Shown here piece by piece: positions 12,601-25,504 of a stretch of 64,000 nucleotides of DNA. Position numbers and translations under genes: made by a program. Position 1 is the first letter of the stretch, and every line of letters starts with the position of its first letter. The notes beneath the pieces are model-generated. The model did not search any database and was not told where the DNA came from. It saw nothing but the letters and a program-made list of their open reading frames with translations. Origin of the DNA: Glaucostegus cemiculus (taxonomy: Eukaryota); the NCBI GenBank assembly GCA_976551045.1, contig CDPCPM010000029.1, positions 33,418,001 to 33,482,000 on the forward strand, given 5' to 3'.

Positions 12601-13814
12601 AAACAGTCTGTGACTGATAGTGGCTTGATTGCTGTTTGCCTGCTTGATTCAGTGGTCAGGATCAAAGTGAAATGACGGCACCCTCTCAAGTCACGTATCA
12701 ATCCAGTGTAAAGCTTTCCCATCAAAGCAGTAGGAAATGCTGTATCCTTTGTGTATGGTGTAATTAAATATAAAGTGAACCACTGCTTTTAATGGTTTCG
12801 TCCCTACTCCCTGCCATAAAAAATGATAGCCCTTTAAACTTTCAACCAATTTTGATTTTATTCTGCAGATGTTTGGGGTGGGAGGGGGACAATGGTGGGT
12901 TGGTGTTCTGGTGGGGCTAGAACAGTTACAATGAAGTCAATTCAAAATAAGCATTCTTTGGAATTAATTAAATCTGGAATGCATTTGGGTAACTTCTTGT
13001 GAGTGCAGTTTCTACTGATAATTTAATTAAAATAGAGATAAGAATTGCCTTATGGATATGAAGGCTCTCTCATCACATATTCAATGAGTTTCTATTCCAC
13101 AGTCGCATTGGGGTTCCATTTCCTTTTTTTGTGAACCAGTTATATTTGTTTATAATTTCCTGATGTATTTTCTAGTACAATTGCTCACCTGTATTTAATT
13201 CACACCTTGTCTTCTGACATAATAGTCTTTCTTAGCTAGAGAGCAACACAAATTAATTTTAGGCCAGAACTCAGTTTAGGACTACTCCTGAAGTGTCAAG
13301 AAATTTAGGACTCCAGCAAAAATTGTGAAACCTTGAACCTGTTGGCCAAGTTCCCCAGTGCTTACCCAATGAGCTCTAACTGGACTCCTCATCAGCAGTG
13401 CGCAAACCTACTGCAGGTAGCTGGAATTCAAAACAACCTCCATGAATGGAAGTATAGTGATACTTTTTGCAGGTTGCTTAACTTCTACTTTTAGATTTTC
13501 TATTATTCATTGTTATATCAGAGAAAATAGTCAGTGACTTTGTCCCACATTTCCACCATTGTCATTTAATCAGGCTGAAGAGAGATGGATGAGAGCACCT
13601 CATACTAATGTGATGACAATTTCATCTCCTTTCCTATGGGAAAATGTTCATTCAGAGCAAGCAAAGGCTTCAACTAAAAGAACACAGGAGTGAGGTTGAG
13701 CTTCTCACTCCTTTCAATTCTTTGTTAAATAATTGTTACAGTCTTCCAAACATCTTATAACGGGTGATAAAGTCATACCTAAAACTTGTAGTTATCCTAA
13801 ATAGATGAAAGGAA

Positions 13815-13883
13815 CTTTTGATGACAGGCTGTGGACCTGAAACATTAACCTTGTTTCTTTCTCCATAGATGCTGCCTGACCTT
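13815..13883 (+). mobile_element. Short Penelope-derived end with a degenerate hammerhead core
   Basis: TTGATGA-CAGG...CCT-GAAAC-ATTAAC...CTCCATAGATGCTGCCTGACC. Confidence 0.55.
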
Positions 13884-14044
13884 GAAAGTCATCATGGTGT
13901 CTTTTCATTATTTCAATGAAAGAATTCTCTTCAAAATATGATTGAAATGTCTGTTTTTGTTTATTCATTATCTGACATCATTCCTTGTTGGCAACTTGGT
14001 GGACAAACTTCTTGAAGGAGATTGGTACAATGGAATGGTTCACT

Positions 14045-14320
14045 GAGCCACTTCAGATGGTAAATATCAGGTATCACAGGTGTTGGACTGGAGTCACGTT
14101 AGGCCATTTTGGGTAAGAATAGTCTCTTTTTTTGCCCTCAGTAATATTGTCTGTATTATATATCAATGTAATAACTTTGGCTACTTCAAATGATAATAGT
14201 AATTTATTTACAGATTTTCTCAAAATCTCAAATTGCTATGTTATGCACTGAATTCACTTTCTGGATTACTGGACTAGTTCCATGGATTGTTACTTCAATA
14301 GTATAACAAGTACACCATTA
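14045..14320 (-). mobile_element. Old tRNA-derived SINE with an L2-type tail, degraded
   Basis: CCACTTCAGA...CTGGAGTCAC...GGGTAAG...TCTGGATTACT... is antisense-similar to the copy at 60385-60740. The family assignment is from recollection of elasmobranch repeats. Confidence 0.4.
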
Positions 14321-14849
14321 TTCTATTCTAAAATAACTTCTTAAGATGGTATTCATATGCAGAATTATGTTGACATTCTTCATGAAATCAATTTAGGCAG
14401 TTTTAACCCTGTTCAAAGCAGCTGTGAATCTGCAATATAAAACTTCCAATAATTCAGCACAAAATTGACATTATCACTCAGAAAGGCCAGGGGGATCACA
14501 GTTAGAAACTGTAAGGTTATACCAGATTATTAGAAAGTGCTCTTCAGAGGCTGGGTTAAAGTGCATCACTGGGGTAGTGTAAAGGGAGCTTTAATCTCCG
14601 TCAAACCCAAGTTGTACCTGACACTATGTGTGCAGAAAAAAATAAAAAACTTCCAATAATACCATTATGTATTTTAAAGGTAAGGAAGGAATACTTGGTG
14701 AAATGAAAATTCTTAACCTATCACGAAAACAGTGCTGTTCTATAAGCTTATCCTTTTAAATTGGCAAATACATCTTCTTAAGAAAGACCAGTGACTATGA
14801 CACTTGAATTTTGTAAAGTAACAAAGTGACAACTAAGACCTTGCTTATA

Positions 14850-15572
14850 CAGTCCTCTACAGGTTACTAATGCCCAACCACAGACACCCCATTCATATAA
14901 ACAAATGTTTGGGACACTGACAGGATGGATGGGGATGGATTTGATAAGATAAGATATCTTTATTAATCACATATACATCAAAACACACAGTGAAATGCAT
15001 CTTTTGCATAGAGTGTTCTGGGGGCAGCACGCAAATATCACCACGCTTCCAGCACCAACATAGTATGCCCACAACTTCCTAACCCGTATGTCTTTGGAAT
15101 GTGGGAGGAAACCGGAACATTTGGAAGAAACCCACGTGGACACAGGGAGAACATGCAAACTCTTTACAGACAGTGGCTGGAATTGAACCCTGGTCGCTGG
15201 CGCTGTAAAGCGTTACGCCAACGGCGACACTACTGTGCCAGCTGCTGCTGGGTGGCAGGCATCTTCTGCCAGGTGGGAACAGTGCATTTCCGTGTGCCTT
15301 CTCTCTCCACCACCACCAACATCCCCCACCACCACCCATTCAGGGGCTGGGTCGACCTGAGTAGAGCTGAGAGCGCTGAGCAGACTCACTCGCTGACTCA
15401 GTGAGTCACTGAGGTCGTCTGGCATCAGGTCTCCCCGTGCCTGCTCACTCTCCCATCACAGCTGTTTCTGTGATCCTCTCCCACATACTGTTTTTGTTCA
15501 TTTCCAACTTACAAACAGTTAAGTTTGCAAACTGTTCTCAAGAATGGAACCTCATAACCTGGGGACTGCCTG
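14850..15572. mobile_element. Tigger/pogo-like non-autonomous DNA transposon (MITE) carrying a SINE insertion
   Basis: Left end TA|CAGTCCTCTACAGGTTAC and right end ATAACCTGGGGACTGCCTG|TA are imperfect TIRs starting CAG with TA flanks. A subterminal ACTTACAAAC motif is present. Confidence 0.55.
14943..15240 (-). mobile_element. V-SINE with Rex1-like tail
   Basis: Antisense tRNA head (box B GGTTCAATTCC), V-domain GAGTTTGCATGTTCTCCCTGTG..GTGGGTTTC, tail TTTCACTGTGTGTTT..GTGA.TAATAAA plus (CTTAT)n. Confidence 0.9.
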
Positions 15573-17713
15573 TACTTGACTGTTAGTTTCCAATACTGTA
15601 GCCAACAGATGAGAAAACACCACAGATACAGCTAGTGACAAAGGACTTCAAGAGATATGGGCAAACCAGAAACATAAAGAGCTCTCTTTTATTAATTGTT
15701 TTTATTTTATTGTTTTAGTTCCTCTTCTGCTATTATTCCTGTCATTTTATGTTTATATTTTTTAATTGTGCCAGGTTTTCATATTCCTGAACATATTGAT
15801 CTGGCTGGATGTAATGCAATGCAGCAAAAGCTTGAGAATTGCTTGTCCCAGGACAGCCTCACAGATTATCCATCCATTTCTTAAAAAAAAATTGTGAAAA
15901 ATTACCTGAATAGTGATTGGAACTTTTGCCTGGAAAAACCATTAATAAGACAAGAAATGAGCTATCAAATGCTAAAGGTCTTAGCAAGAGAAGAGAAAAA
16001 AATGCCACACTGAACACTGGAAAAGAAATGAAAATTTGTCCCCTGAGCAAAATCATTAATACAGATTGTGAATGGGAGCAACTCAAGCACCAATCAAGTC
16101 AAGTCGAGTTTATTTTCGTATGCACAGGTATGGTGAGGTATAGGTACAGGTACAATCACTGTTACACTTCACTAGTCACAGCTTGCCAACTTCAGATTAT
16201 TCCCACTTTTGAGATCTGTCTGTCAGTCTGTACCATGTGATGGTAACTTATTTAATAATGTATAATACTAGACCTAGTCAAGAGCATTGGAATAAACCAA
16301 GGTCATCATAAATGAATCAACAAAGTGGTCAAGAATTCCAGTGGTGCATTACACAGGCACCAAATTTATTAAGCAAATCACTGTTCCCAAAAATGTGCTT
16401 TTAATCATGACAAAGCACAGAACTTTTAAGATAATGGATAATTTGATATCCACAAGAACCTTCAATTTCTTAGAAGATGTTGAACTAAGATACATATTTG
16501 TTGGAAAGATAAGGAAAGATACGTATGTCGTTTAGGGTGATCACAGAAAAGTTTCTATGGAAGATAATAGACTGCCTGAAAGCATAAGCATGGGATAAAA
16601 GTTTGAAAAAAATACATCTTGGAAAAATAGAAAAGGCTGTTCTGACAGGAGGAAAATTCAGATAGAGAGTAACAAAAGGGGTGGAAAGCAGGGATAGAAA
16701 GATGCACTTTGCAAGGATTATAAGACTTATAAAAGAGATCAGGTTTTTTTAAGAAAATAAGCTAAAGCTTTAGATTGAAGGGAAGGTAGAAAAGAAATAT
16801 TGTGAAGTAACTTTGGCAGCAGATCAGAACAAACAAGTCCTAGAGGGGCAGGAAGGTGACAACTGAGACTTTTCAATAAAGTCTTTTCAAATAATTATTT
16901 GCCTGGGGGTTAACTTTCTTTTCCATGTGAGAACCTACATGTGAAACTGAGGATAATATTATCTCTACTTTAATCTAATGTTGTGAATTGGAATTGTATA
17001 CTTTTTTCGGAAATGTCAAGTGATCAATTATCCATAAATGTTACACCTCTCTAACTCTGGCCCTAAATATGGAATTGTGACATTCCAGGCCACTGATGTA
17101 ATCTATTTTCCTTCTACAGTCACGTTATTTCAGTATGGTTTACATTTTTTTTTCAAAACTATTGTGTAGTGGCTGTAGAAAAGAACTGTGGACATTAACC
17201 AACTGAAATGCACAAATATTTCACGCAATTGGAAATAATGTGCTTGAGTTAAAAGTTATAAAGGAAAAGTTCTGGGCTGTGAGGTAGAGATTTCACTGAG
17301 CTATTAGGTTAAAGGATTATCAAAGTTTGCCTGATTAGCTTCCAGAAGATACCACAGACACCTTAAATGTAAAAGTCTTTCAAAGAAAATACCCAGAAAT
17401 CCATCATGGGTCCAAGGCACAAAATATTTTATTTTAATGTAGCTATAATTTGAGAATTTTTTATGAAAGTCATTTCTATTGTCTTCAAAAGAACCTATGA
17501 AACCTATAATATATGACACATTTCGGGCTGCTGTTGAGGGATAAATTTCGAGGCATGTGTTGTTCACCAAGCCTGCCCTGATTTCCTAGTTCATCCTTAC
17601 CAATACAATCTATTCTTAAACAATGCATCATTCAAGTATTTTCCACTTTAGGATTTAATTGACTTTCATATTCAAAATTAGTCATTTTGTCCACGTCAAA
17701 GCTAATCTCCCAA

Positions 17714-20210
17714 TGGTTGCCCTATTACAAGAAGGACGTGGAGGCTTTGGAAAGGATGCAGAAGAGGTTTACCAGAATGTTGCCTGGATTGAGACAAGGA
17801 AGTCATGAGAGGATGCAGGAACCGTGGTGCACGGAGGCTATCATAAAGCTAGTTAAGGAGAAAAGAACAGTGCACAAAAGGTACAGGGAGCTAGGTAATG
17901 TTAGTGATCTGGAAGAATACAGGGCTAATAGGAAGGAACAAGAAAGATTAGGAGAGCCAAAGGGGACATGAGAAGGCCTTGGCGGGTAGGATTAAGGAAA
18001 ACTCCAAGGCGTTCTACAGGTATGTGAAGTGTAAGAGGATGAGATGTGAAAGGATAGGGCCTATCAAGAGTGGAAGCGGGAAAGTGTCTATGGATTCGGA
18101 AGAAATAGCGGAGGTGTTAAATGAATACTTTACTTCGGTATTCACTACGGAGAAGGAGCTAGGGGATTGTAGTGGGGGCTTGCAGTGGCCAGAAAGGATT
18201 GAGCGGGTGGAAATTAGAAAGGAGGAGGTGCTGAAACTTTTGGAGAGTACTAAGTTAGATAAGTCGCCGGGGCTGGACGAGATGTATCCCAGGTTGCTGT
18301 GGGAGGTGAGGGAGGAGATTGCGGAGCCTCTGACGATGATCTTTGCATCGTCGATGGAGACGGGAGAGGTTCCGGTAGATTGGAGGGTTGCGGATGTTGT
18401 GCTGCTATTCAAGAAGGGGAATAGGGATAGCCCAGGGAATTATAGACCGGTGAGTCTTACCTCGGTGGTGGGTAAGCTGCTGGAAAGGATCCTGAAAGGC
18501 AGGATTTATGAACACTTGGAGAAGTATGGCGTGATTAGAAATAGTCAGCATGGTTTTGTCAAGGGCAGGTCCTGTCTGACGAGTCTTATAGAATTTTTTG
18601 AAGAAGTGACCAAGAATGTTGATGAAGGGAGATCGGTAGATGTAGTGTATATGGATTTTAGCAAGGCTTTTGATAAGGTGCCCCATGCAAGGCTTATGGA
18701 GAAGGTGAGGAGACACGGGATCTAGGGGGACATTGTAGTGTGGATTCAGAATTGGCTGGCCCACAGAAGGCAAAGAGTGGTTGTGGAAGGGTCGTATTCT
18801 GAGTGGAGGTCGGTGACCTCCAGTGTACCTCAGGGATCTGTGCTGGGACCCTTGCTGTTTGTCATCTTTATAAATGACCTGGATGAGGAAGTGGAGGGCT
18901 GGGTTAGTAAGTTTGCTGACGACACGAAGGTTGGGGGAGTTGTGGATAGTTTAGAGGGTTGTCAGAGGCTACAGAAGGACATAGATAGGATGCAGAGTTG
19001 GGCTGAGAAATAGCAGATGCAGTTCAACCCGCATAAATGTGAAGTGGTTCATTTTGGTAGGTTGAATAGGTTGGCGGAATATAGAATTAATGGTAAGACT
19101 CTTGGCAGTGTGGAGGATCAGAGGGATCTTGGGGTCCGAGTCCATAGGACGCTCAAGGTGGCTGCGCAGGTTGACTCTGTGATTAGGATGGCGTATGGTG
19201 TATTGTCCTTCATCGGTCGAGGGATTGAATTTAGGAGTAGGGAGGTAATGCTTCAGTTGTATAGGTCCCTGGTCAGACCCCACCTGGAGTATTGTGTTCA
19301 GTTCTGGTCGCCTCACTACAGGAAGGATGTGGAAGCTATAGAGAGGGTGCAGAGGAGGTTTACGAGGATGCTGCCTGGAATAAGGAGCATGCCTTATGAG
19401 AGCAGGCTGCGGGAACTCGGCCTTTTCTCCTTGGAGAGGAGGAGGATGAGGGGGGACCTGATTGAGGTATATAAGATGATGAGAGGTATGGATAGGGTAG
19501 ATAGTCAAAGGCTTTTCCCCAGGGCTGAAATGGTGGCCACAAGAGGACATAGGTTTAAGGTGCTGGGGGGAAGATATAGGGGAGATGTTAGGGGTAAGTT
19601 TTTTACTCAGAGAGTGGTGAGTGCGTGGAATGGGCTGCCAGAGATGGTGGCAGAGGCGATACGTTGGGGTCTTTCAAGAGACTGTTGGATAGGTACATGG
19701 AGGTAAATAAGATAGAAGGTTATGGGTAAGCTTAATAGTGTGGGGACATGTTCGGCACAGCTTTATGGGCCGAAGGGCCTGAATTGTACTGTAGGTATCT
19801 ATGTTCTATGTTCTATGATTAGAGGGCATTACTATAAGCAAATGTCAGGCAAACTCGAATTGTTTTCTCTGGATCGTCAGAGGCTGAGGGGAGACATGTT
19901 AGAAATTTATAAAATTATGAGAGGCATAGATAGGGTAGACAGAATCTTTTCCTCAGTGTAGAAATATCAATTTCTAGAAGGCATAGCTTTAAGGTGAGAG
20001 GGGAAATGTTTAATGGAGATGTGCAGGGCAAGTTTTTTTATACAGGTGCTTGGAATGCACTGCCAGGGGTGATGGTGGATACAGATACGGTGTTGGCAGT
20101 TAAGAGGCTTTTAGTAAGACGCATGAATATGCAGGGAATAGAGGGATATGGATCATGTGCAGGCAGAAAAGATTCAGTTTAATTTGGTATCACGCTTGGC
20201 ATAGTCATTA
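17714..20210 (+). mobile_element. Older CR1 3' fragment split by a younger CR1 (pieces 17714-17790 and 19818-20210)
   Basis: WLPYYKKDVEALERMQKRFTRMLPGL stops at 17790 and continues as ATTAGAGGGC...LELFSLDRQRLRGDMLEIYKIMRGIDRVD after 19817. Confidence 0.85.
17791..19817 (+). mobile_element. 5'-truncated CR1 LINE with a complete RT region and a few stops
   Basis: ORFs 17979-18725, 18738-19013 and 19017-19706 are in one frame separated by TAG stops; motifs [29 protein letters not shown]; (TTCTATG)n tail. Confidence 0.96.
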
Positions 20211-21135
20211 TTGGTATTGGTATTGGTTTATTATTGTCACTTGTACTGAGGTACAGTGAAAAGCTTATCTTACAAACTGATTGTACAGGTCAATTCATTA
20301 CACAATGCAGTTACATTAAGTTAATACAGAGTGCATTGATGTACTACAGCTAAGAACAATAACAGTACCGAGTAAAGTGTCACAGCTACAGAGAAAGTGC
20401 AGTGCAATAAGGTGCAAGGTCACAACGAGGTAGATTGTGAGGTCATTGTCCATCTCATTGTATAAAGGAACTATTCAATAGTCTTATCATAGTGGGGTAG
20501 AAGCTGTCCTTAAGTCAGGTGGTATGTGCCTTCAGACTCCTGTATCTTCTACCTGATAGAGGAGGAGAGAAGAAAGAATGTCCCAGGTGGGTGGGGTCTT
20601 TGATTATGCTGGCTGCTACACCAAAACAACGAGAGGTAAAGACAGAGTCCAAGGAGGGGAAGCTAGTGTTCATAATGCGCTGGGCTGTGTCCACAACTCT
20701 CTGCAGTTTCTTGCAGTCCTGGGCAGAACAGTTGTTGTATCAAGCTGTGATGCATCCAGATAGGATGCTTTCTATGGTGCATCTGTAAAAGTTGGTGAGA
20801 GTCAAAGGGGACAAACCAAATTTCTTTAGCCTCCTGAGGAAGTAGAGGCACTGGTGAGCTTTCTTGGCCATGGCTTCTACGTGATTAGACCAGGACAGGC
20901 TGTTGGTGAAGTTCACTCCCAGGAACTTGAAGTTCTCAACCCTCTCGACCTCAGAACCATTGATGTAGACAGGTGAATGCACACTGCCCCCTTTCCTGAA
21001 GTCAATGACCAGCTCTTTTGTTTTGTTGACATTGAGGGAAAGGTTGTTGTCATGACACCATTCCACTAAGCTCTCTATCTCCTTCCTGTACTCCGACTCA
21101 TCGCTGTTTGAGATATGGCCTACAACAGTGGTATC
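20211..21135 (-). mobile_element. Rex1/Babar LINE, 5'-truncated at the RT catalytic motif
   Basis: DTTVVGHISNSDESEYRKEIESLVEWCHDNNLSLNVNKTKELVIDFRK...FKFLGV...LYFLRRLKKF...FYRCTIESILSGCITA; 3' end GTGACAATAATAAA plus (CCAATA)n. Confidence 0.92.
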
Positions 21136-21436
21136 AAATGGTAGAGATCTGCAAATTGACCTGCAAGTCTTGGAGATACACAGCTTATTCTGTATCTCTT
21201 AATCTCCTGCATTTTCTGGCACATTAATAGGATTAATAGTGCCATGCATCATTAACATCATTAGCATCATTAACATCCATTATTTTTCTATCAAGTTCCA
21301 TCTCATATGGTAAAAACCAAGTTGAATTAAGGATAAGTAACCTGAAAATCTGATCTGTGGTGACTTTTCACTAAAAGGTGAATGCGAGCAACTAACAACT
21401 ATGTAACAGTTAAATTAATACAGTAATTTCTCTGCT

Positions 21437-23194
21437 AAACAGGGAGATGGCGGTCGAATTAAATAAGTACTTTGGATCTGTCTTCACTGGGGAAGATGTA
21501 AGAAATCTCCCAGAAGTACGGTTGGAAAAAAGGCAGAGAGTGACAGAGGAGCTGAAGTGGTTTGATATTCGGAAGGATATGGTGATGGGTAGACTACTGG
21601 GACTGAAGACGGACAAATCCCTGGGTCCGGATGGTCTGCATCCCAGAGTACTTAAGGAGGTGGCCCTAGAAATTGTGGATGCATTAGTGATCATTTTCCG
21701 TTGTTCTTTAGATACGGGGTCAGTTCCTGAGGATTGGAGAGTGGCTAATGTTGTCCCACTTTTTAAGAAAGGAGGGAGGGAGAAAACGTCCAGTTAGCCT
21801 CACGTCTGTGGTGGGGAAGATGCTAGAATCCATTATTAAGGATGAGATAGTGGCATATTTGGACAGCAATGATAGGATTGGGTCGAGTCAACATGGATTT
21901 ACCAAGGGCAAATCATGCTTGACTAATCTATTGGAATTTTTTGAGGAGGTAACTAGGAAAATAGATGAGGGAGAACAAGTGGATGTTGTATATCTCGACT
22001 TTCAGAAGGCATTTGATAAGGTGCCGCACAGGAGATTGGTGTATAAGATTAGGGCTCACAGAATTGGAGGGAGGATATTAGCATGGATAGAAAACTGGTT
22101 GGCAGATAGGAAGCAAAGAGTAGGGGTGAATGGATGTTTCTCAGAGTGGCAGGCCGTGACTAGTGGGGTGCCACAGGGCTCTGTGCTGGGACCACAGCTT
22201 TTTACGATTTATGTTAATGATTTAGAGGAAGGCATTGAGAATAGCATTAGCAAGTTTGCTGACGATACAAAGTTGGGTGGGAGTGCGACAAGTGTAGAGG
22301 AAGTAAGGAAAATTCAAAGGGACTTGGATAGGTTGGGTGAATGGGCGGAAACTTGGCAGATGAAGTTTAACGTGGAAAAGTGTGAGGTTATTCACTTTGG
22401 GAACAGGAACAGGAAGGCGAATTATTTTCTGAATGGTGTGGAGCTTGGCAAGGGGGAAAAAAAAGGGATTTAGGAGTATGTGTGCATCATTCACTGAAAG
22501 TGAATGAGCAAGTACAGCAGGCAGTAGCGAAGGCAAATGGAATGTTGGCCTGTATTACAAGGGGAATTGAGTACAAAAGCAAAGAGATTCTTCTGCATTT
22601 GTACAGGGCCCTGGTGAGACCACTGCTGGAGTATTGTGTACAGTTTTGGTCTCCGGGATTAAGGAAAGATATCCTGGCTATAGAGGGTGTGCAGCGTAGG
22701 TTCACAAGGTTAATTCCGGGGATGTCAGGACTGACTTATGCTGAGAGGTTGGAGAGACTGGGTTTGTACACGCTAGAATTGAGAAGATTAAGAGGGGATC
22801 TGATTGAGACTTATAAGATTATTAAAGGTTTGGACAGGATAGAGGTAGGAAATATGTTCCAGATGTTGGGGAAATCCAGGACCAGAGGGCATGAGCTAAG
22901 AATTAAGGGTATGCCATTTAGGACAGAAGTGAGGAGAAACTTCTTCTCACAAAGGGTGGTAAATCTGTGGAATGCACTGCCTCAGAGGGCAGTGGAGGCC
23001 AATACACTGGGCACTTTCAAGGAAGAGTTAGATAGGTTTCTTATAGATAGGGGAATCAGGGGATATGGGGACAAGGCAGGAACAGGTTATTGAGGGTAGA
23101 TGATTAGCCATGATCTCAAAATGGCGGAGCAGACTCGAAGGGCCGAAAGGTCTACTTCTGCTCCTATTGTCTATTGTCTATTGTCTATTGTCTA
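21437..23194 (+). mobile_element. 5'-truncated CR1 LINE of a distinct subfamily
   Basis: [54 protein letters not shown]; tail (CTATTGT)4 at 23164-23194. Confidence 0.96.
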
Positions 23195-24499
23195 TAAACA
23201 GGAAACAGAAATTACACAAAATTATTAAAATTTGCAAGTTGGCATCAAACAGCATATTTTCTAGACTTATTGACTGAGTTGACTTTTACTAAAGGTATAT
23301 TAGAAATGTTTTCATTCTTATTAAGCACTTTGTTCATAACATGTAAAATATTAATCTGGTTGCAACTAAGCCATCAAGCTTGGATCTCGTTTGCTTTCAC
23401 AACTTTACACTTCACTCTCTCTGACAAAGAAAGTCCATCATCAAATGTATCAATATTAATTCCATCAGGGAACGGAAATGTGTGAAGGCACAAAAAGATC
23501 AACCTATTAGAACAATACATGGATGTAGTGATTCACCAGAGGAGTAAAAAATCTATTCCTTCAGCTGTCAGTTCATTTTTGATGACCAGACTTTTGTAGA
23601 TGGGGTCAGGTGACTCATGAGGGCAGTGTGCCTAATGTGCTGGAGGTGGAAACACTTCCTGAACTACTATTATCAGGAGAATCACTAATGGTAATTATCA
23701 AAGGCAGATAACGATTCATTTTAATTCTGTTGAAGAAAATCACAAATTAGCCCTGCTCAAATGGAATCTTTAAGTGAGAATGTTAGATCTATCTAACTGG
23801 TTACATATTTTACCTAGAGTGGAGCTAAACTCAATATATGACATTTAAGCATGACTGAAGTCATACTTAAAAAAAATGTGTAGACATTGGTTCACTCAGA
23901 CAATTTGCAGCAATTACGAATTTAATCAACTCACATCTGAGCTAACAATTTTCTGTGCAGAATTGTAGATGAAATTGCATTTGAATAGGTTCACTTAGAG
24001 GATTTGCAGTCTTTTATGAATATGATTAAGCTTTATCATTCAAAGTTTTCAAAGGCATGGTCCTCTGTCACTTTCTGGTTACCTTATTATCTGATTAATA
24101 ACATAAAAGCCAAATTAATTAAAATAAGGTGTGGACTTTTACCCCTTTTCCCAATTCTTTCTTTTCCCATCTTTCCTGTAGGTGCAGTGTTTGTTGAGTA
24201 CAGTTTTTTCAATCACTCTTCTTGCCATAATGGACCACATGCGAACCTAAGAATTTAGGGGCGAGTTTCCATTAGGGCTCTCTCATTCATCCACAGCAGC
24301 TCTGGTGGAAAGCAAGTTGTATTTGTGTGATGCTCGCTATGTGGGAAAACATCCCAAAGCCAAATTACCAATAGGGAGAAATCGGGAAAAATATACTTAC
24401 TCCATGTAAGCTGTCTATTCATTTGAATGAAGAACATTGCACTTGATCTCAATCCAAACCAATGCTGGTCTATTGTATTTTGTGATTGTGATGTGACCC

Positions 24500-24955
24500 C
24501 CTCTACATTGGCGAGTCAAGGTGTAGACCAAGTGTCCATTTTGCAGAGTACTTGTACCCACAATAGCCACCTTGAGTTTCTAGTTGCACATCCTCCAATC
24601 CCCCTTCCCATTCCCACACTGAACTGTCTGTCCTCAGCTTTCTCCACTGCCAATGTGAGCCAAATGCAAACCTCATATTCCACCAAGCTAGTCTACAGCC
24701 CAATGGTATGAACATTTAATTTTCCAATTTCAGGTAAACCCTCCTCCTCTCCCACTTGGTTCCATCTGCCCATCATTCCTGACCTTAGCTGGTTGCACCT
24801 ATCTGACAGCCTCTGTTTCACACCTCCCTCCCACTTCTATACACCAGCTATCTTCCTCTGTATTCTCAGTCCTAATGCAGGGTTTAGACCCAAAATATCC
24901 ACCATCCTTTTGCCTCACTTGTTGCTGCTTGACCCAATGAGTTCTTTCAGCAATT
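24500..24955 (+). mobile_element. Penelope-like element 3' remnant
   Basis: TACATTGGCGAG (YIGE) at 24503, CTGTCTGTCCTCAGCTTTCTCCACTGCC, GGTATGAACATT, a degenerate hammerhead CAGTC-CTAATGC-AGGGTTTAGACCC-AAAAT at 24867-24900, and the conserved end. Confidence 0.7.
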
Positions 24956-25378
24956 TATTTTTTACCTATTTATGTAATCTACTTTTATTTTGCAATTTAA
25001 ATATTCCATCCCATAGTTGCATTGTCAGCAACCATAACCTGGGAAGTGGCTTCCCCTTCCATTCCTGAATCTTCAGTTCCAGAATCTCCTTGTCATTCTG
25101 TTTGTCATTCACATACATTATTTGTGATAGGTAATCACATGAAGTGGGGTCAATGTGTGTTGACATCCACACATACACATACACACATGTCTTGTCTGCC
25201 TTTGCTTGTGCGATACCAATCTTCAGTATGTTGCAATTTCCTTCAGTCAGCACTTTTGGCCCCAACTGCATATTTACAACATTGGTGGGTGCGACTAAAG
25301 TAAACATGAGGTGTAGTTTAGGATAAGGCAAGGTAAGACCTCCATTCAAAAGAGGAGGTGCAAAAAAAGTTGGAAGTC

Positions 25379-25495
25379 CTAGTGCAGGATTCCCTAAAGG
25401 TTAACTTGCAGGTTGAGTCAGTAGTAAGGAAGGCAAATGGAGTGTTAACATTCATTTCAAGAGGACTAGAATATAAAAGCAAGGATGTAATGAGA
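25379..25495 (+). mobile_element. CR1 RT fragment abutting a SINE
   Basis: Encodes LVQDSLKVNLQVESVVRKANGVLTFISRGLEYKSKDVM. Confidence 0.75.
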
Positions 25496-25504
25496 TGAGA
25501 TGGG

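Noticed and set aside
23164-23194. Short tandem repeats as a possible CRISPR-like array
   Set aside because: A 7-bp LINE tail with no spacers; the window is eukaryotic and I see no prokaryotic system.
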